This document shows, piece by piece, positions 1 through 14,583 of a stretch of DNA of 64,000 bases. Location: the NCBI RefSeq assembly GCF_018350175.1, contig NC_058368.1, positions 56,422,001-56,486,000 on the forward strand, written 5' to 3'. The translations under genes were made by a program, and so were the position numbers. This DNA comes from Felis catus. Taxonomy: Eukaryota. Each line of letters starts with the position of its first letter. Positions within the stretch are counted from its first letter, which is position 1. The notes under the pieces are model-generated. The model saw nothing but the letters and a program-made list of their open reading frames with translations, was not told the origin of the DNA and did no database searches.

Positions 1-1099
1 TATACAATCTAGATATAGAGTTCATAATTCAAAATATCCAACTACAACACATTAGTGAATAATGGATCTGATTGCAGTATTATGAATAATCTACTACCAG
101 GGTACAGGATCATATTCAAACTACCCAGAAGCAATGGAGTTCATCCAATTTATATTTTGCAGCATATTTTTCTATGCATTCTTCTAATACACTGTGTTTC
201 AGATTTCTGGTTATCCAATACATGGCTCCATACATTTAGCTTTGCATACTATTTTATTTATTGACTCATGTAGTAATTATTTCATGTGGAAGACCCTATG
301 AGTCTTATTTTTTATTATTTATTAGAGAATAACAATTGATACCACCACAAAGCTCAACTATCTGGTGGCAAGAAGCACAGTGATTACTTATAGATAAATT
401 AATTTTAAACAAATAAGAAGGAATAAAAGAGAATAACAAAGTGGGCCTTGCTTTACATAAAGTAGGAGAAGTCATCAGCCAGGTAAGAAGAGAACATTGC
501 ATGCAGAGAAATATACAAGCAAATATGCCAGTTTGGAAAGCACTGGGTTTGTGGTCATTGAACTTAATACATCAATGTGTTCAAATGGTGGTAGGTAAAG
601 AGTAGATGGCCATATAATGGAGTAGCTGAGCTGGTCAGGAGCAAAGGACAGCAACTAAAGACATTCAGTGGAGGCTTCTGTCTGATAACTTTATTCTGGG
701 CCATATTCATTCACATAATCTTTTTAAACTAGATTACCCACCATAAATCTGCTTAATGAAAGATTCTACGAGTTCCATTGGTTTAGGCAAATTCTAATGT
801 ATGTATGTAGTTACATTAATTCAGTTGAACTGTAATCCTAGAGAATTTGGAGGTACCTAATATAACACACAGAAAAGTTATACAGTAGCAATCATTTAGA
901 ATTTGTGTTGCGCCTCAGATTTCTTTGAGTCCAACATCTATGCTCTTTTCACTCTATTTAATTTATGAAAGTAAAATCAAGTAAAATGGTGTGGATGGAA
1001 TAAAAAATGCATGGTTATCCCTAAGAAGGGACACAAAAGGGGAAGGAGAGAATACACATAAACTTGGAAGTAGAAAGGTATGTTTGGAGAAGTTAAATA

Positions 1100-1285
1100 G
1101 AGCATAGTAAGTGCTTGAAAGCTCAAGATTAAGTCAGGCAGATTCAGAATGAACAAGATTCTCTAGTTGTGTGATCTAGAGAAAGTTGCTTAACTTCTTT
1201 AAACAGGATTATTAACTTCTTTCAGCCATATTTATTTAAAGTGAGAATAATAGTAACTACTTAATAGGATCATTGCAAGAACTTT
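1100..1285 (+). mobile_element. MIR (ancient SINE) remnant
   Basis: MIR core-like sequence 'ctagttgtgtgatctagagaaagttgcttaacttc...aaagtgagaataatagtaactac..ataggat'. Confidence 0.6.
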
Positions 1286-1547
1286 ATCATCACTTACTAA
1301 CTTTCACATTGCTGTACACAGAGAACCCTACTCTGGTTTCCACAGGTTCCTACCAGTCACTTCTAAGACTGAAAATAACAGTAACACAGAATTCCTAGAA
1401 TTTTTGTGACATCTTAATTGGGAAGGCATTCTGTAGGTAAAGAATGCATAAGGCACATTGCTTTATCACAGTTGGTTATCAGTAAATACTAGTTATTGTT
1501 ATAGAAGATTTTTCTCTATGATTAAATGAGTCAAATTTTTGGGTTGT

Positions 1548-1791
1548 TTTAATTTTTTAAATGTTTTATTTATTTTTGAGAGAGAGAGGCAGAGAGACAG
1601 AGAGAGACAGAGACAGAGACAAAGTATGAGTGGGGGAGGGACAGAGAGAGAGAGGGAGACAGAATCTGAAGCAGGCTCCAGCCTCTGATCTGTCAGCACA
1701 GAGCGCAATGCGGGGCTCAAACTCATGAACTCTGAGATCATGACCTGAGCCAAAGTCAGACGCTTAAATGACTGAGCCACTCAGGGGCCCC
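1548..1791 (-). mobile_element. Can-SINE (tRNA-derived carnivore SINE)
   Basis: Reverse complement of GGGG..CTGAGTGGCTCAGTC head, (CT)n tract and AATAAA/A-rich tail. Confidence 0.95.
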
Positions 1792-4267
1792 AAAATTTTC
1801 TATTTCATGTTCATGTTTGGGATGCCATAAAATATGTACAGTAAAATGAAGAATTCTTCTCTCTAGAAGATCACATCAACTCCATATTTACTGAGTTTAA
1901 GTTAGGACACACATGTTCTTCAGGTACATTCGATTTTCATTTACAGTCTAAGATCCAATAATTCAGGCATTGGCATGATACCTGGATTCATCTTTGGGAT
2001 ATGTGATCCTAAAACAAAATATTATTTTCTATAAAAAATTTCTTATTTGCTCATTTTGCATCCTGTAATGATTTTTGATGATGAAACAAAAAGAGTGGCA
2101 ATATGTTTTTTCTTTTTTTCAACATTTTCAATGTTTTTTTCTTTATGTTCTTTTTTTTTCTGCACAATTTCAGGATTTCTTCCTATTTTTAAGGTTCCCA
2201 TTTGCAGTAGAATTCTGACACTCCCCATGCATCTGACTGAAGCTGTGTGTGTGTGTCTGTATGTGTGTGTGTTCTCTTCAGTTTCCTTTTTCTTTATAAA
2301 ATGCTGAGTGTATTAAGCCAACACCATAGCAACACAGTTGAAACTTCTTGTTCTGCCAATTTAAGGAATTATAATATTTCTCTTAATAAATCCTATCATC
2401 TTTTCTATGTTTGCCATTTATTCTACAATAATGTTAAATATGATCGTGTGATTCTCACATATTCTACATGAGATACTTATGGTAGATAAAATTGACATAG
2501 CAGATAAGGGTACTGAAGGTTATGTAAGTAACATGCTTTTCCTTAGATCACTAAGTGTTGATTAATACATATAGGATTAATCCTTGGATTAATTAGCTCT
2601 GAATTTACACACACTACCCCAAATTGAATGTTCTTCCTAATTCAAATTTGTCTTGATGTCATATTGAGATGAATACAATTATTCTCATGTAGATTGCATA
2701 ACTACTTTATATGGTTTGGATTTATCTCAAATGTTACTTATCTATGTATCTGGCAACATGAATTTAATATTCTCTTTCCTCCAAAAAAAGACACTTACAT
2801 AATGCCAGTCTAAAATAGCATCACTCAATTTATTTTACCCCTTATAAGAAGTCACATATATTTTATCTTTGACTACAATGACAAATGAATTCATGAAACT
2901 TTTCTTTCCTCAATAAGAAATTCTTAATTTCTGAGATTACTATTTCTTCCTTTTCCCAATTTCCCAAGTGACAGGCTACCTCTTGAGCATTTGAATAAAA
3001 TGCTTTCATAACATTCAAAAACCTTCATGTCATGAAAAAAATGTATAGATATTTTATATAATCAGGATTTTAAAAGCAAATCTACAATAACCAGGAGCTA
3101 CTTCTTAAAAAAAAGTAAATGGAATTGAAATACAGTAAATTAAAATATTGATTGCAAGGTAAATTCCCATTTTGGAGTAAATAGTAGAACGGATACTTAT
3201 ATTATTTGCTTTAAAAAGGAAAGAAAAGGAAGATAAGGAAATTAAATGTTAGCATGTGAGTATAGACTTTTACAAGGAGAAATATCATTTTTTTCTTATG
3301 TAATTTGTGTACCTTGACAACATCAGAAAACAGAAAACTCTATAGGTTTGAGTTACTAATTAAATAACCCTTATATCTCTCTTTCCTTGAAAATACTAAA
3401 GACAGACATGTTTTACTCTGAGAAGTGCTGTGATATGTGAATAATTTCTATAAGGAAATCTCTCTACAAAATGATTGTCTGAGTTCTTAAAATTTTCTTT
3501 CTTAACTAGAATGTTTACATATTTTATTCACAAAAGTATACTTGCCTTAGTAAAATCAACCAATTTGAAGCTTGTAAAAATCCTAAAGCACTGAATTTCT
3601 CCTCATGACTGCAATTCAGTCCTAAATAAAAATATCAAATCCTTTTCATTAATCAGGCTTTGTAGACTTTGGCTGTTGAGAAGGCTGGGGAGAATGGGCC
3701 TTATCCAGGGAACATCTGAGAAAAGCTCTCTTTGCAGTTGATGTGCACATTTGGTTTAGCAGATGTTCTTTGTTGATTGAGCCACGAGTGACTATATCCT
3801 AGAACTGTCTAACCTCTTTCTTTCCTTCAGTCAATCTTTTCACAGCCTGGGTTAATCTACTAACAGATGCTTCAGAAGAAGTCAATAAATGGAGGAAAAC
3901 TGATTAATGTTTAAACACAGGAATGCTTAGTAACCTTATTATTAATGTATAAACTAAAAATATTAGCAAATTGTTTAAAATAAAGTATAGAGCAAACCAG
4001 TTTAAGATTAAAAATTCACAGTAAATTAATTCAAATCATTTTTTGGCATTTAGACCTAAGGAACTTTAGTTGTATATATTTTTTTATGACATGAACTCAT
4101 AAGATGGTGTTAATCCATCTCTAAGGGACACAGTTACAAATATTTTAAATTTTCAAAATAAAGAATGTAAAAAATAGTAACAATAAATGTAGACTATGTA
4201 TAGAATGAAAATTTTCAGTAAGGGTCAGTACATTGCTATTTCAGTAGTTAACTACTCAATAATGACT

Positions 4268-4500
4268 ACTATGCACTGAATTTTGTCCTCTGAAATTTGT
4301 ATATTAAAGACCTAACCCCCAATGTAACTGTTTCTGGAGATAAGGTTTTTAGAAGGTAATTAAAGTTAAAAGAGGTCTTAAGGATGGAGCCCTAACCTGA
4401 TAAGATTGTGACCTTATAAAAAGAGAACGTAAGAGATCTCTCTCTCCTTGTCTCTGCCGTGGGAGACATAGTGACAAGTTAGCCATTTGCAAACTGGTTG
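4268..4500 (+). mobile_element. MaLR LTR fragment (MLT1A/B-like, 5' part)
   Basis: 'ctgaattttgtcctc...cctaacccccaatgtaactgtttctggagataagg...ccttataaaaagag' is typical MLT1 sequence. Confidence 0.8.
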
Positions 4501-4681
4501 CTAATTAAAATATCAATTATTTTGTCATGAAATGTGGGAAAGGAGGAAAGGAAGTTGAATTACTGTACATACTGAGAGGAGAATATTTGAACCCCGTGGA
4601 AGGAAATTAAGTAAGGATTCGCCATGGAACTAACTTGTGAAGCCAAGAGAGACCAAGGTGTTATTAACAAGATGAATGGTA

Positions 4682-4900
4682 GTGGCGCCTGGGTGGCTCA
4701 GTCAGTTAAGCATCCGACTTCAGCTTAGGTCATGATCTTGTGGTTCGTGGGTTTGAGCTTTGTGTCGAGCTCTGTGCTGACAGCTCGAAACCTGGAGCCT
4801 GCTTCGGATTCTGTGACTCCTCTCTCTGCCCCTCCCCCACTCATGCTGTGTCTCTCCATCTCTCAAAAATGAATAAAGGTTAAAAAATTAAAAAAAAAAA
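4682..4900 (+). mobile_element. Can-SINE
   Basis: GGCGCCTGGGTGGCTCAGTC head, CT tract, A tail; TSD aagatgaatggtag on both sides. Confidence 0.97.
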
Positions 4901-5800
4901 GATGAATGGTAGATGTCTGTGTGCTCTATACCGTGGTCAAATTAGTAACTAAACTTTTTGTTGGATTTTAAAGAGAGTGAGGATGGTAATGGTAGGTAAA
5001 GAAGAAATATCATATAACTCATCAATAAAAGGTGCATCGGGAAACAGGAGAAATGGAGTTCCTGGGAATATTGTTTTAAATGTTAGACATTCTTCATGTC
5101 CATAATCCTTGGGATTTGGGGTTTGAAACAAAATTATATTTATCTCCAAAAGTAAGAAAGACCAAATTCTGTCTAGGGTACATGTAGGTTGTCCATTAAA
5201 TATTCAAAATATATTTAGTTTTTGCAGCCCATAGAAAATTCTGTCTTTGTTACTGAGTATATAAAGCATGTGTACAGACATATGTGAATAGAATCCTAAG
5301 GTTTTGACTATCAACAGAGCCTATATTGTCTCAACAGTGTGTCTTGAATAATTGACACAACCTAAGAAGATCAGAGAAATCACCTAGATAAGTAAATGAT
5401 ATGGTCTTTTCTATTTTCGTGAAATGGTTGGAACAAGATTAATGCAGTGGCTGTGGTAGCTCATGCCTGTCAGTAAGCAGAAAATTCTCATTTTAATACC
5501 ACCTCAATTACCTCTCAATTACTAAAGATCCAGAAACAAACACTAGAAAAAAAAATCACAGGAATATGCACTGGGAGCTTAGGAGTCTATTGAAAAGTAT
5601 TAAATACAACAACTAAATCATGAACATGTTTGTTAAGTCCTAAATTAATCAGTCAAACTGATAATCATAGTGCTTTAAGCCTAACATAATGAATTAACAA
5701 AAAGCTTACCCAGGTACTCATTTCAAAATATAATCAATACTAAAAATATAGACTTAGAAATATATATAAGGAGAATCCCATTTTAAAATGCATTGAATTA

Positions 5801-6010
5801 GGGGTGCCTAGGTGGCTCAGTCGGTTAAGCATCTGACTTCGTCTGAGGTCTGATCTTGTGGTTCGTGGGCTCAAGCCCTGCATCACGCTCTGTGCTGACA
5901 GCTTGGAGCCTGGAGTCTGCTTCGGATTCTGTGTCTTCCTGTCTCTTTCTGCCCCTCCCTTGCTCTCACTCTGTCTCTCTAAAATAAATAAACATTAAAA
6001 AATTTTTTAA
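5801..6010 (+). mobile_element. Can-SINE
   Basis: GGGGTGCCTAGGTGGCTCAGTCGGTTAAGC head; TSD aaatgcattgaatt. Confidence 0.97.
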
Positions 6011-6908
6011 ATGCATTGAATTGAGGAAACATCTATCAAGAACTAACAACAATTGCCTTTGATCTAAAAACTTAACACTTATTAAAACAATAGACATCAT
6101 ACCCGTAATGTCCAAAAAAGCAATGAGGTTGAATAAACCTTCCCTTATTACAGATAGCAATTATAAAAACTAATACAATATCAACAAATTATCTAAATAT
6201 ACTGTAGCATCTAAATAAGACAGAGAACTCTGGTAAGAATATCCACAAAATTATGCTGACAAAAATTCTAAATAGATTTTAACAGTTATCACATCCCTCA
6301 TATTAATTTATAGTCATTAGATGACAAAAAAGAAAGATATAAAAAATATAAATGACCATGTCAGCCATCAAATCTAATTGATATTTGTAGAACACTATAC
6401 TTAACACCTGCTGGATAAACATTATTTCAAACACATATGGAGTGTTCACAAAGATAGACCACTTATTGATCTGTAAAATAAATCTCAATAAAGGTCACAA
6501 ATGGATCTCTTTCAAGCTATGTTCCTTGATCATAACATAATTAAACTACAAATAAAGAAATTAACACATATAGAAGGCCCCAGATATATGATATTAACTC
6601 ATTTCTAAACAGCACATATGTCACCGTATAAAAATAGAAAGGAGCTCTATAATATTTTGAGTCAAATTATAATTTAAAACTAGCATATCAAAATTTATGT
6701 GAAGCCGCTAAAGAAATATTTAAGGGAAGTTTTTAATGTTAATTGCAAATACTAAAAAAGAAATGTCTGAAATCAATGCTGTAAACCTACAACCACAGGA
6801 AAATAGTACAAGAACAGCAAGCAAAAAATATGGTAAGCAGTAGGAAAGACATAATAAAGATTAAGAGAAGAAATCAACAAAATAGAAAACATGCAAAAAT
6901 GGAGAACA

Positions 6909-7086
6909 TAGAGCTGCCTCATATAGTTCAGAACAATCAGTTAAATTCATATTTCAGATAAAGTACATTTTTAGTATGCCATGTATATTATATGGAACAT
7001 GATTATGCATGCAAAAATATCTATTGTCAATCTGAATTCAAATTTAATTGGGTTCTTGTATTTTTTTATTAAACCTGACAACTCTA
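6909..7086. mobile_element. MER53-like palindromic hAT MITE
   Basis: Ends tagagctgcc.../...tgacaactcta; internal inverted 'cagttaaattcatatttcagata' / 'tctgaattcaaatttaattg'. Confidence 0.75.
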
Positions 7087-7336
7087 AGATAAAAATCAAT
7101 AGCATCAAAAGTTTGTTCTTTGAAAAGACAAAATTGTAAATCTCACACTCTATTGATGAAGAAAGAAAGGAGACATGTGACAAATTATCATTATTTCCAG
7201 GGATACCACTCAAGATCATTCACATACTAAAATAATACAAAGGGGACATTATAAATGACTTAATGCTAGTTATGTGAAATGAAGAAATTATTTGGAAGTC
7301 ACAAATTACGAAAACTGACAAAAGAAAAGAGATAAT

Positions 7337-7535
7337 CTTATAAGAGGCTAGAGAACCTCCTAACTCCTTCTACCATGTGAGGACACAGCAAGAAGATGGC
7401 CATCTATAAACCAAGAAGAGGACCCTCCCCCCAAACCTGACCTGTCTGGCACCCGGTGCTTGGGCTTTACAAATATTTCTTGTTTAAGATACCCAGTCTG
7501 TGGTAGTTTGTTAGCAGCCTGAGCCGAATAAAATA
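7337..7535 (+). mobile_element. MaLR LTR fragment (MLT1A-like, 3' part)
   Basis: 'ccatgtgaggacacagcaagaagatggccatctataaaccaagaagagg...cccagtctgtggtagtttgttagcagcc'. Confidence 0.85.
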
Positions 7536-8544
7536 CTTTTTCCTTTACCATCATGATTGTCTAAACTTGTGGCTTCAGGGGCTTGGGAATGTGGAGAGTA
7601 AGATACTCCATTCCTTTATGCCCCGTCCTTCCTTTCTGCCTAAAACTAAATCTGACTTATGGGGGTGTAGGAGTGAGTCCTTCAGAGTCTCTTCGAGGTT
7701 TTTCTGCTGCCAGGGTCTAGGAAGTGAGAATTCACATCTGGCTCAAATGTTTCCATAGCTGCTAAGCTTTCCTTCAAATGTAGAAGGTAGGGTAACTCCC
7801 AAATGTTAGGTCTTGCTAGCATGTTCTTCTTGACCCAAAATAAACTCATAGAAAATCTGACACAGGCCTGAAAATAGAAGTATAGGCTGCGCTATTTGTA
7901 TCTCTCAAATCTTCTTTTTTTCTCCATATATATCTGTTCATTCATTCATTCATTCATTCATTTGCTGTTGAAGTGGCCAGAGGATAAACCTAGATATTCA
8001 CTTATGCCATCATCCTGCTATTAGAGCCCTGACTGGTCTTTTCCCATATTGCAGACACTTTCAAGCTCGCTGAGATTTCTGTGGACCATTTCCATTTACT
8101 TGGCTATGAGACGGGTTGGGGACAAAATTCTGGATATACCATCCCCTTCTCTATGGCAGAGGGAGGAAATGGCTTCATGCCTTGGCTGCTGAACTTCCAC
8201 CAGGTAGACAATTTTGATATTTCTGTGTCCTGCTTCCTGGGTTATAAGTAGGCTCAATGTGTATCAATTCATCCTGTTATACCAATTCAGTGTTATCCTC
8301 AAATTTATACATATACGGACATACTTGTGCCTTTTTATCTGATTATGGTTAACAAAATATGTATCAAGTAGTGGATTCTTAAGTATTTGAACACATGAAT
8401 GGTGCATTATGGTGGGGTTTTTTTGGATTTTTTGCATTTTATTTTATGTTCTGAATTTTATAAATTATCTGTAATTATGTCTAAAATCAGAATAGCGATA
8501 GGGAAAATTAAGCACAATTTATCCATTGTTAAATAAATAAATTC

Positions 8545-8740
8545 TTTTTAAAAAAATATTTATTTTGAAAGAGACAGAGAGTGTGAGCAGCGGAGGGGCA
8601 TAAAGAGAGGGAAAGAGAGAATCCCAAGCAGGCCCCACACTGTCAGTGGAGAGCCCTACACCAGCTCCATCTCACAACTGTGAATTATGACCTGAACAAA
8701 ATCAAGAGACACCTAACGGACTGATCCACCCAGGTGCCCC
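8545..8740 (-). mobile_element. Can-SINE
   Basis: Reverse SINE ending caggtgcccc; TSD aaataaataa(a/g)ttctt. Confidence 0.93.
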
Positions 8741-8974
8741 AAATAAATAAGTTCTTAATATATTGCTTCCTAATTATAATTATAAAATTATATAGTAAAA
8801 TTATATAATTATATATAATTAATTCTAATAATATTTTATTTATTTTTATACTCCAATAGGATGCAAATAATATACGGTACTTTCAAATCTAACACTAATT
8901 TTACCAGAAAAAGTTTCATACTCTGAGTGGCTTAATACTTAAGGTACAATTTACTATATAGATGAAAATTTTAT

Positions 8975-9008
8975 TTTTTATTTTTATTTGTTAAGTTTAT
9001 TTATTTAT

Positions 9009-9059
<51 letters not shown>

Positions 9060-9233
9060 CACCATGAGTGGGGCAGGGGCAGAGAGAGAGGGAGAGAGAG
9101 ACAGAATCCCAAGTAGGCTGAGTACTGTCAGCACTGAGCCTAATGTGGGGGCTCCAACTCACGAACCATGAGGTCATGACCTGAGCCCAAACCAAGAGTG
9201 TGATGCTTCGTGACTGAGCCACCCAGGCACCCC
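8975..9233 (-). mobile_element. Can-SINE with long (GA)n tract
   Basis: Reverse SINE ending ccaggcacccc; TSD tgaaa(a/g)tttta. Confidence 0.95.
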
Positions 9234-10355
9234 TGAAAGTTTTAGTTTTAAAAACTAAAGTTCATGATTAAATGATAGATTAAAACTTGGCAAAATATCT
9301 TGTATCCATGTCATGTTAAACTATTTTCTACTCCATGACTAAAAAGTAGAAGTGTGTTTGTTAATAAGCAGTAATAATGAATAATGCTAGTTGTTCAAGG
9401 GTTAAAAGTTTTCCAGAAAATTTATAATCAGTTTTATCAAATGAAAGAGTAATAAAATGATGGAAATTTTAGTCTCAGTGACATGATAAAGTAATATTCT
9501 CTTGGCCTAATTTCAGAATATGTGTCAAAATTATATATAACTTTATATAATTATAACTTTACTATTTTTAAAATTTCATCTACAATTAAAATTACCGAAA
9601 AGTAGAATCTAGGCAATAAAAGCAATTGAATGCCCAAGAACACTGAAAAGAGAGAAAAATCTAAAAATCTGGTAGAATACATCCTGTTTAGTTTATGGTC
9701 ATTAGTTTTCCTTTAGTTTCCTTAATAATATAGATCTATGTGGAACTTACACATATTGTTGGCTTTTTGAAAATAATTTCAACTTTGTCTTACTGGTAAC
9801 ATCAATATCAATAAATGCTTTAAATAAAATGGTAAATTATTTACATGTACAAAGTTTCCATTTATTTATAATTGTGATTGTGTTTTCTATTGGACAATAT
9901 AATGTCCATAAAAATCTGCAAGAAAATTAATAATGAATGTTAACAAATAATAAAATATATGGCTAGGTATTTATAAGAAAATATTAAGGAAAATAGTAAC
10001 ATAAAATATGAAAAGTGGTGCCAAGATGTTCTTTAATACAAAACTCTAAATGATTTCTCAATTTTCCAAAGTTGTATGATTGTATCCAAGCATATAATTA
10101 ATTTGATTATTTAGGGAAGTATATTTTGATACCTCTTTTTGATAAAGCCAAGAAAATGCTTGATAAGCCAGAGTGTCATGAGTAACTAAATAGAGGTGAA
10201 TTTCTCTACGTATCAATATCATGTATTAAATGAAATGTGACTCACTGGGGCACCTGTGAATTCAGAAAGAAAATGATGTACCTTCAAATATATGTAAGGA
10301 AAGAAAATTAAGTGGTAATCTGAGACCAAAGAGGTATGGCCACAAACAAATTCTT

Positions 10356-10392
<37 letters not shown>

Positions 10393-10851
10393 GAGTCTTG
10401 TATCCTATCTCTCTTCTCCCTACTCAAAAGCTTTAAACACATATAATATATATGATTTCTGTTGATGGCTATTTAAGCAAACAAGGAAATTGAAGAACTT
10501 TATGGTTCTGGAAGATGAAAGCAGTTATAAAAGACTTCAAGTTTAGATAAGTAATTTAACAAAAAGAGAAAATTAGAGCTAAAGGTGACAAATCAAATGT
10601 AAACCTTCTCAAAAATTTTCTCTTCAGGACATATATATCTCCCAACAAAAGTGAGATTTAGGATGAAGTCAAGACACTAAAATATAAAAAGAAATGTTGA
10701 GATTATCTGTGTTGCGGACTCAAATATTCAAAGGACATGAAATTAGTAAGATATCATAGAGGCAGTACAATGAAATAATAATGATACTAGAATTTAAATG
10801 CACACATTTAGAGTGAACAATTTCAGGACACGCAAAAAGAAAACAAACAAT

Positions 10852-10879
10852 ACACACACACACACACACACACACACAC
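10852..10879. repeat. (CA)n microsatellite
   Basis: Pure CA run. Confidence 0.95.
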
Positions 10880-12229
10880 GCCTTTTTCATTCTCTTAGTA
10901 CAATACAGTATGACAAAAATATTAGCTTGATAATGGTCTGTTTCTTCTATGAAATTTAACTTGGCCATTATCCAGATTGCTCTTCTCAAGGACAACTGGT
11001 CTAGGTGCCTTTAATTTGAAAGAGCACCATTTAGATTCATGACCAAAACTGTTCTTTCTGAAAGACCATTAAGTGTATTTTCAATATTTCTAATCAACAT
11101 TAGCCAAGAGAGATCTGGACACTATTCATCACTTAGCAAATCAGACAGAACAGTTTGGATTGTCCTTTAAAAATTTGTTGTCCAGGTTATACAGCCAACA
11201 ATGTTACTAAACTGAGAAATAATGCTTTTATTTGGTTCAGAATTGGTTGTATTTCAAATTTGCTTAAGTATCAAATTGAAGGGAGTTACATTAAAATACT
11301 GTCCTATTTGGGACCATTTGTTGCTTTTTCATTTTCCAGAAGTGCAAAAGTTGATGTCATATTGAGCTTAACTAGTATCTAAGAAGGTTCTCTTCTAGAG
11401 GCAGCCTTCAACAATTTCTCTGCTTATAGTTTGAATGCTTAGTATTACTTACTAGGTTTTAGAAAACTTTTCCCACTTACAAGTATCCTGTTCTTTCTTT
11501 TGTGGATAATACTTTAAATGCTTTTCCCTCACCTCAATCAGATAACTGTGAAACGAAAAAAAACTGAATGATTAATTTCATCAGAAATTAAAGTAAGCTT
11601 CAACATTACGTCGTACATATAAACTGAAAAATATCTCCAGTGAGTTCTAACAGTAATCAAGCCCTATACCCACAACCTGCCTTAGATGATTTGTTTTCCG
11701 AAGTAGCTCTGGAAATTTTATTTGTGTGTCTAAGCTTTTCTGGTTCTATTGTAAATTGTCTTTTCTCCTTTATTATTTATGTTGGAAATACTTTTGATTT
11801 AGTTCATAATCTTCCTGCAAAAGATACATTGTACATTTGTGCTTCTTCATACATTATACATAACAATAAGCAAAATTTACAGCAGTGTAAGCAAAAGAAT
11901 AGTTAGCTTTACTGCAATATACAAAATTCAGCCAATTCAGCAAAAGCCTTGAAACTCTAGAAGAAACATTTTCACAAGCTGCATATGTGTTATAATAAGC
12001 CCTTCAAATATGTGCGCATACACATTTTTTTTTTTTTACTTCAGAGAAAATTGAATGGTTTAGCAAATTGAACGTGGCAAGTGGAAACACAGCGCTCTCC
12101 GTTTTGCAGCAACGGTGTTTAGTGTGGCAGCTCCCAGTCTAAGATCTTCCACAGAATCTGTGAAAGGAAAATACTACTAATTTCAAATCTCCATGTAAGT
12201 ACTGAAGCTATTTTGGTGGAGAGTATAGC

Positions 12230-12791
12230 TGTCATACAGAGAAAGTATTGAACAACAGAAGAGTCTGACTGGGAGACCCTTACATTCCCCTCAGCTTGTG
12301 GAAACTTTAGATAGGTTTCTTCCTGACTACAGGCCTCTGACCTTCCTTTCCTTCTTTTTACTTTAGAAACTACAATTGTGAATTCTTTTTCTACTTTTTT
12401 GAGATGTAAATCTTCTTCCAGCGTCTTTCCAGTTTTACAAACCCAGGATTATTTTTCACAAGGATCTGGAAGCCATCCCTTTGAAATGTAATCCCCAGGA
12501 AAGACAGAGTTTCTATGTCTCAGTCTCTGAGAGTGGGTAGGAGCCAAATTTAGATTAGTACCAGTTAGCGAACAGAGATGGCCTAAGCATTTTGATCAAC
12601 CTGCCTCTCCCCTAACATCCTCCAGAGTTTTTCTAGTGGCTCATCCAGCATTTAAAAACCCTCCTGTCTTTTGCATCAGTGGAGTTGAGTTCAATCTCTC
12701 TGTCTCATGGCAATACTCTTGACCTCTACTGTGATATTCTTGAACAAAGTCCTCATTGCCAGTTTAATTCCATCCAATGAATTTTTTAACA
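12230..12791 (+). mobile_element. ERV1 solo LTR (MER31-like)
   Basis: 'gagatgtaaatcttc..ccagttttacaaacccagga..aaggatctggaagccatccctttgaaatgtaat..gtggagttgagttcaatctctc'; TG...ACA ends. Confidence 0.7.
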
Positions 12792-14583
12792 AGTCTTTGT
12801 CTAAAATCACTATGTGCAATAATCTCTGGGGAATCCATTCCTATAAAGCTTCAGGAATGGTCTAGTCAGACTATATTTGAGTGTGAGAATTTGGTGCTTT
12901 CCTAATTGCCTACACAATCACTAATGATTAGAAAAAGGCTTACTTTTTCCTCATTTAAATATTTTATTTTCAATAGCTATAGGCAGTCATTCCTTGGTTT
13001 TTATTTTCTGACCTTTACTTACAACAAAAAAAGGTATCTCCAGGAGAAATTCAGATCTTGTATTCTGAAACATCATCCCATGTGTTAACGGTTTTCCTGG
13101 GCTTATTCTTCAGCAAATGTGCAACAAGGGCTAGACTTTTGTCAGTCCTCAGCACATAAGCTTCATTCAGATATTATGGATCCTCTTTGCTCTTAAAGGT
13201 ATAAGGATTCTTTTAAAAATATGTAATTTAGTTGAACAGAGTTTTAGATTTTACAATTTTGGCGGTTCATATATCCCAATGAGAATTCTATATAAGGTAT
13301 AAAAAATTATTCTCTGCAAACTGCATCTTTACATAGGCAATTGAAATTCTGTTTACATTTCAAAGTGCTGAAGGAACTCTTCACCTGGGAGATATGTATT
13401 ACCTAACCAACTCTGCTTCCAGCCACAAGTCCTCTCCAACCTGAATTAATGGAGTAGTATAGCTGTTCTCTGCCTCAACATTGGCTCTGTTCCCTCTGTT
13501 GTTAGTGCTTCATATTCCCCAACTCCTTAAGTAACTGAAGATATTTTCATGTTAATCTAGTTCTACTACTTAAAAACCCTCCCATAAATTCAGAGATACT
13601 TTACCTACAATATTGTATTTCCTAAGTCAATGAGATTTTCAACTAAAAGTGAGTTAAATTACACTTGCAATTTAACTTGCTCACTATTGTTGGTCATTTC
13701 TATTAGATTTCTTGTTGTAACTAATGCTCTAGAAAATCTTTAGCAGATTTTTATCTGTGCTTTAGCTGAGTTCATTTTTAAATGGCTTATAAATATTTTC
13801 TAGTATCTTTTCTATGATTGCTCTTGTATAATTTTTGTTCATACTCACTATTACAGAATCTGCCTAGAGTTGCTTTATTCATACATCTAGAATACTATTA
13901 TCCCATCAATAATTGCTAGTTTGTCCTTGCCTTCTGTTTTTGGTAAATTACTATTGATATTCCCAAAGGTCCCCACCAAAGTTCCACAAATTGAATGGCC
14001 CATGACAAAGTTTATTTTCCCTTATCATTAAATCTGCTAGGGAGTTTGCTAGGTTCTTGCCTACCTGTTAGATTTCAGCCTGGTTAATCTTGGGCCAAGT
14101 GATCACCTTTTAACTATGTTCCTTTTTTATGGATTTGAGACAGATTGCTAGAGAATTGACTGACAGAACTGATTATCAGCATTGTGACAATGATTTATCT
14201 TATCCTTGGATTTGGGAAGAGAACATATGGTCAGTGACTCCATTGGTTGCAGAAATGACATTTATCTTTGCTTCCTTGCTCTTGTTTTATGCTAATGCAT
14301 AGCTTTGCAGTTTAAAAATATCTCTCATCATGTTTCCTGAGGATTATTTTTTAAACTTCATAGTCCAATTGATCTAAATGGGCAAATATATTCCTCTCCT
14401 TGCCTGGATCATACTAAAAAAAAATCAACTTAGGTTATTCCAAAGTAGAGAAATTGTCATTAAGCCATTTTCTTTTATATCCCAGAAACTCAATAAAAAC
14501 TCTGAACAGTTATCAACATGCTATTTAAATGTAATATTTGTAGTCTTAAATAACCACAAATCATAATACATTTTCTACTACCT

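Larger units (their letters stand above)
5480..7335 (+). mobile_element. Old decayed L1, ORF2 endonuclease/linker region, interrupted by a SINE and MER53
   Basis: L1 ORF2-like phrases 'ctaattgatatttgtagaacactatac', 'gttcacaaagatagaccac', 'agaaatcaacaaaatagaaaac', 'aaaagtttgttctttgaaaagac'. Confidence 0.75.

Noticed and set aside
3810..3910. Acceptor-like ctctttctttccttcag as an exon start
   Set aside because: No convincing downstream donor or recognisable reading frame
10359..10387. Isolated 29-nt poly(T) as the tail of a hidden retrocopy
   Set aside because: No clear TSD or recognisable element body next to it
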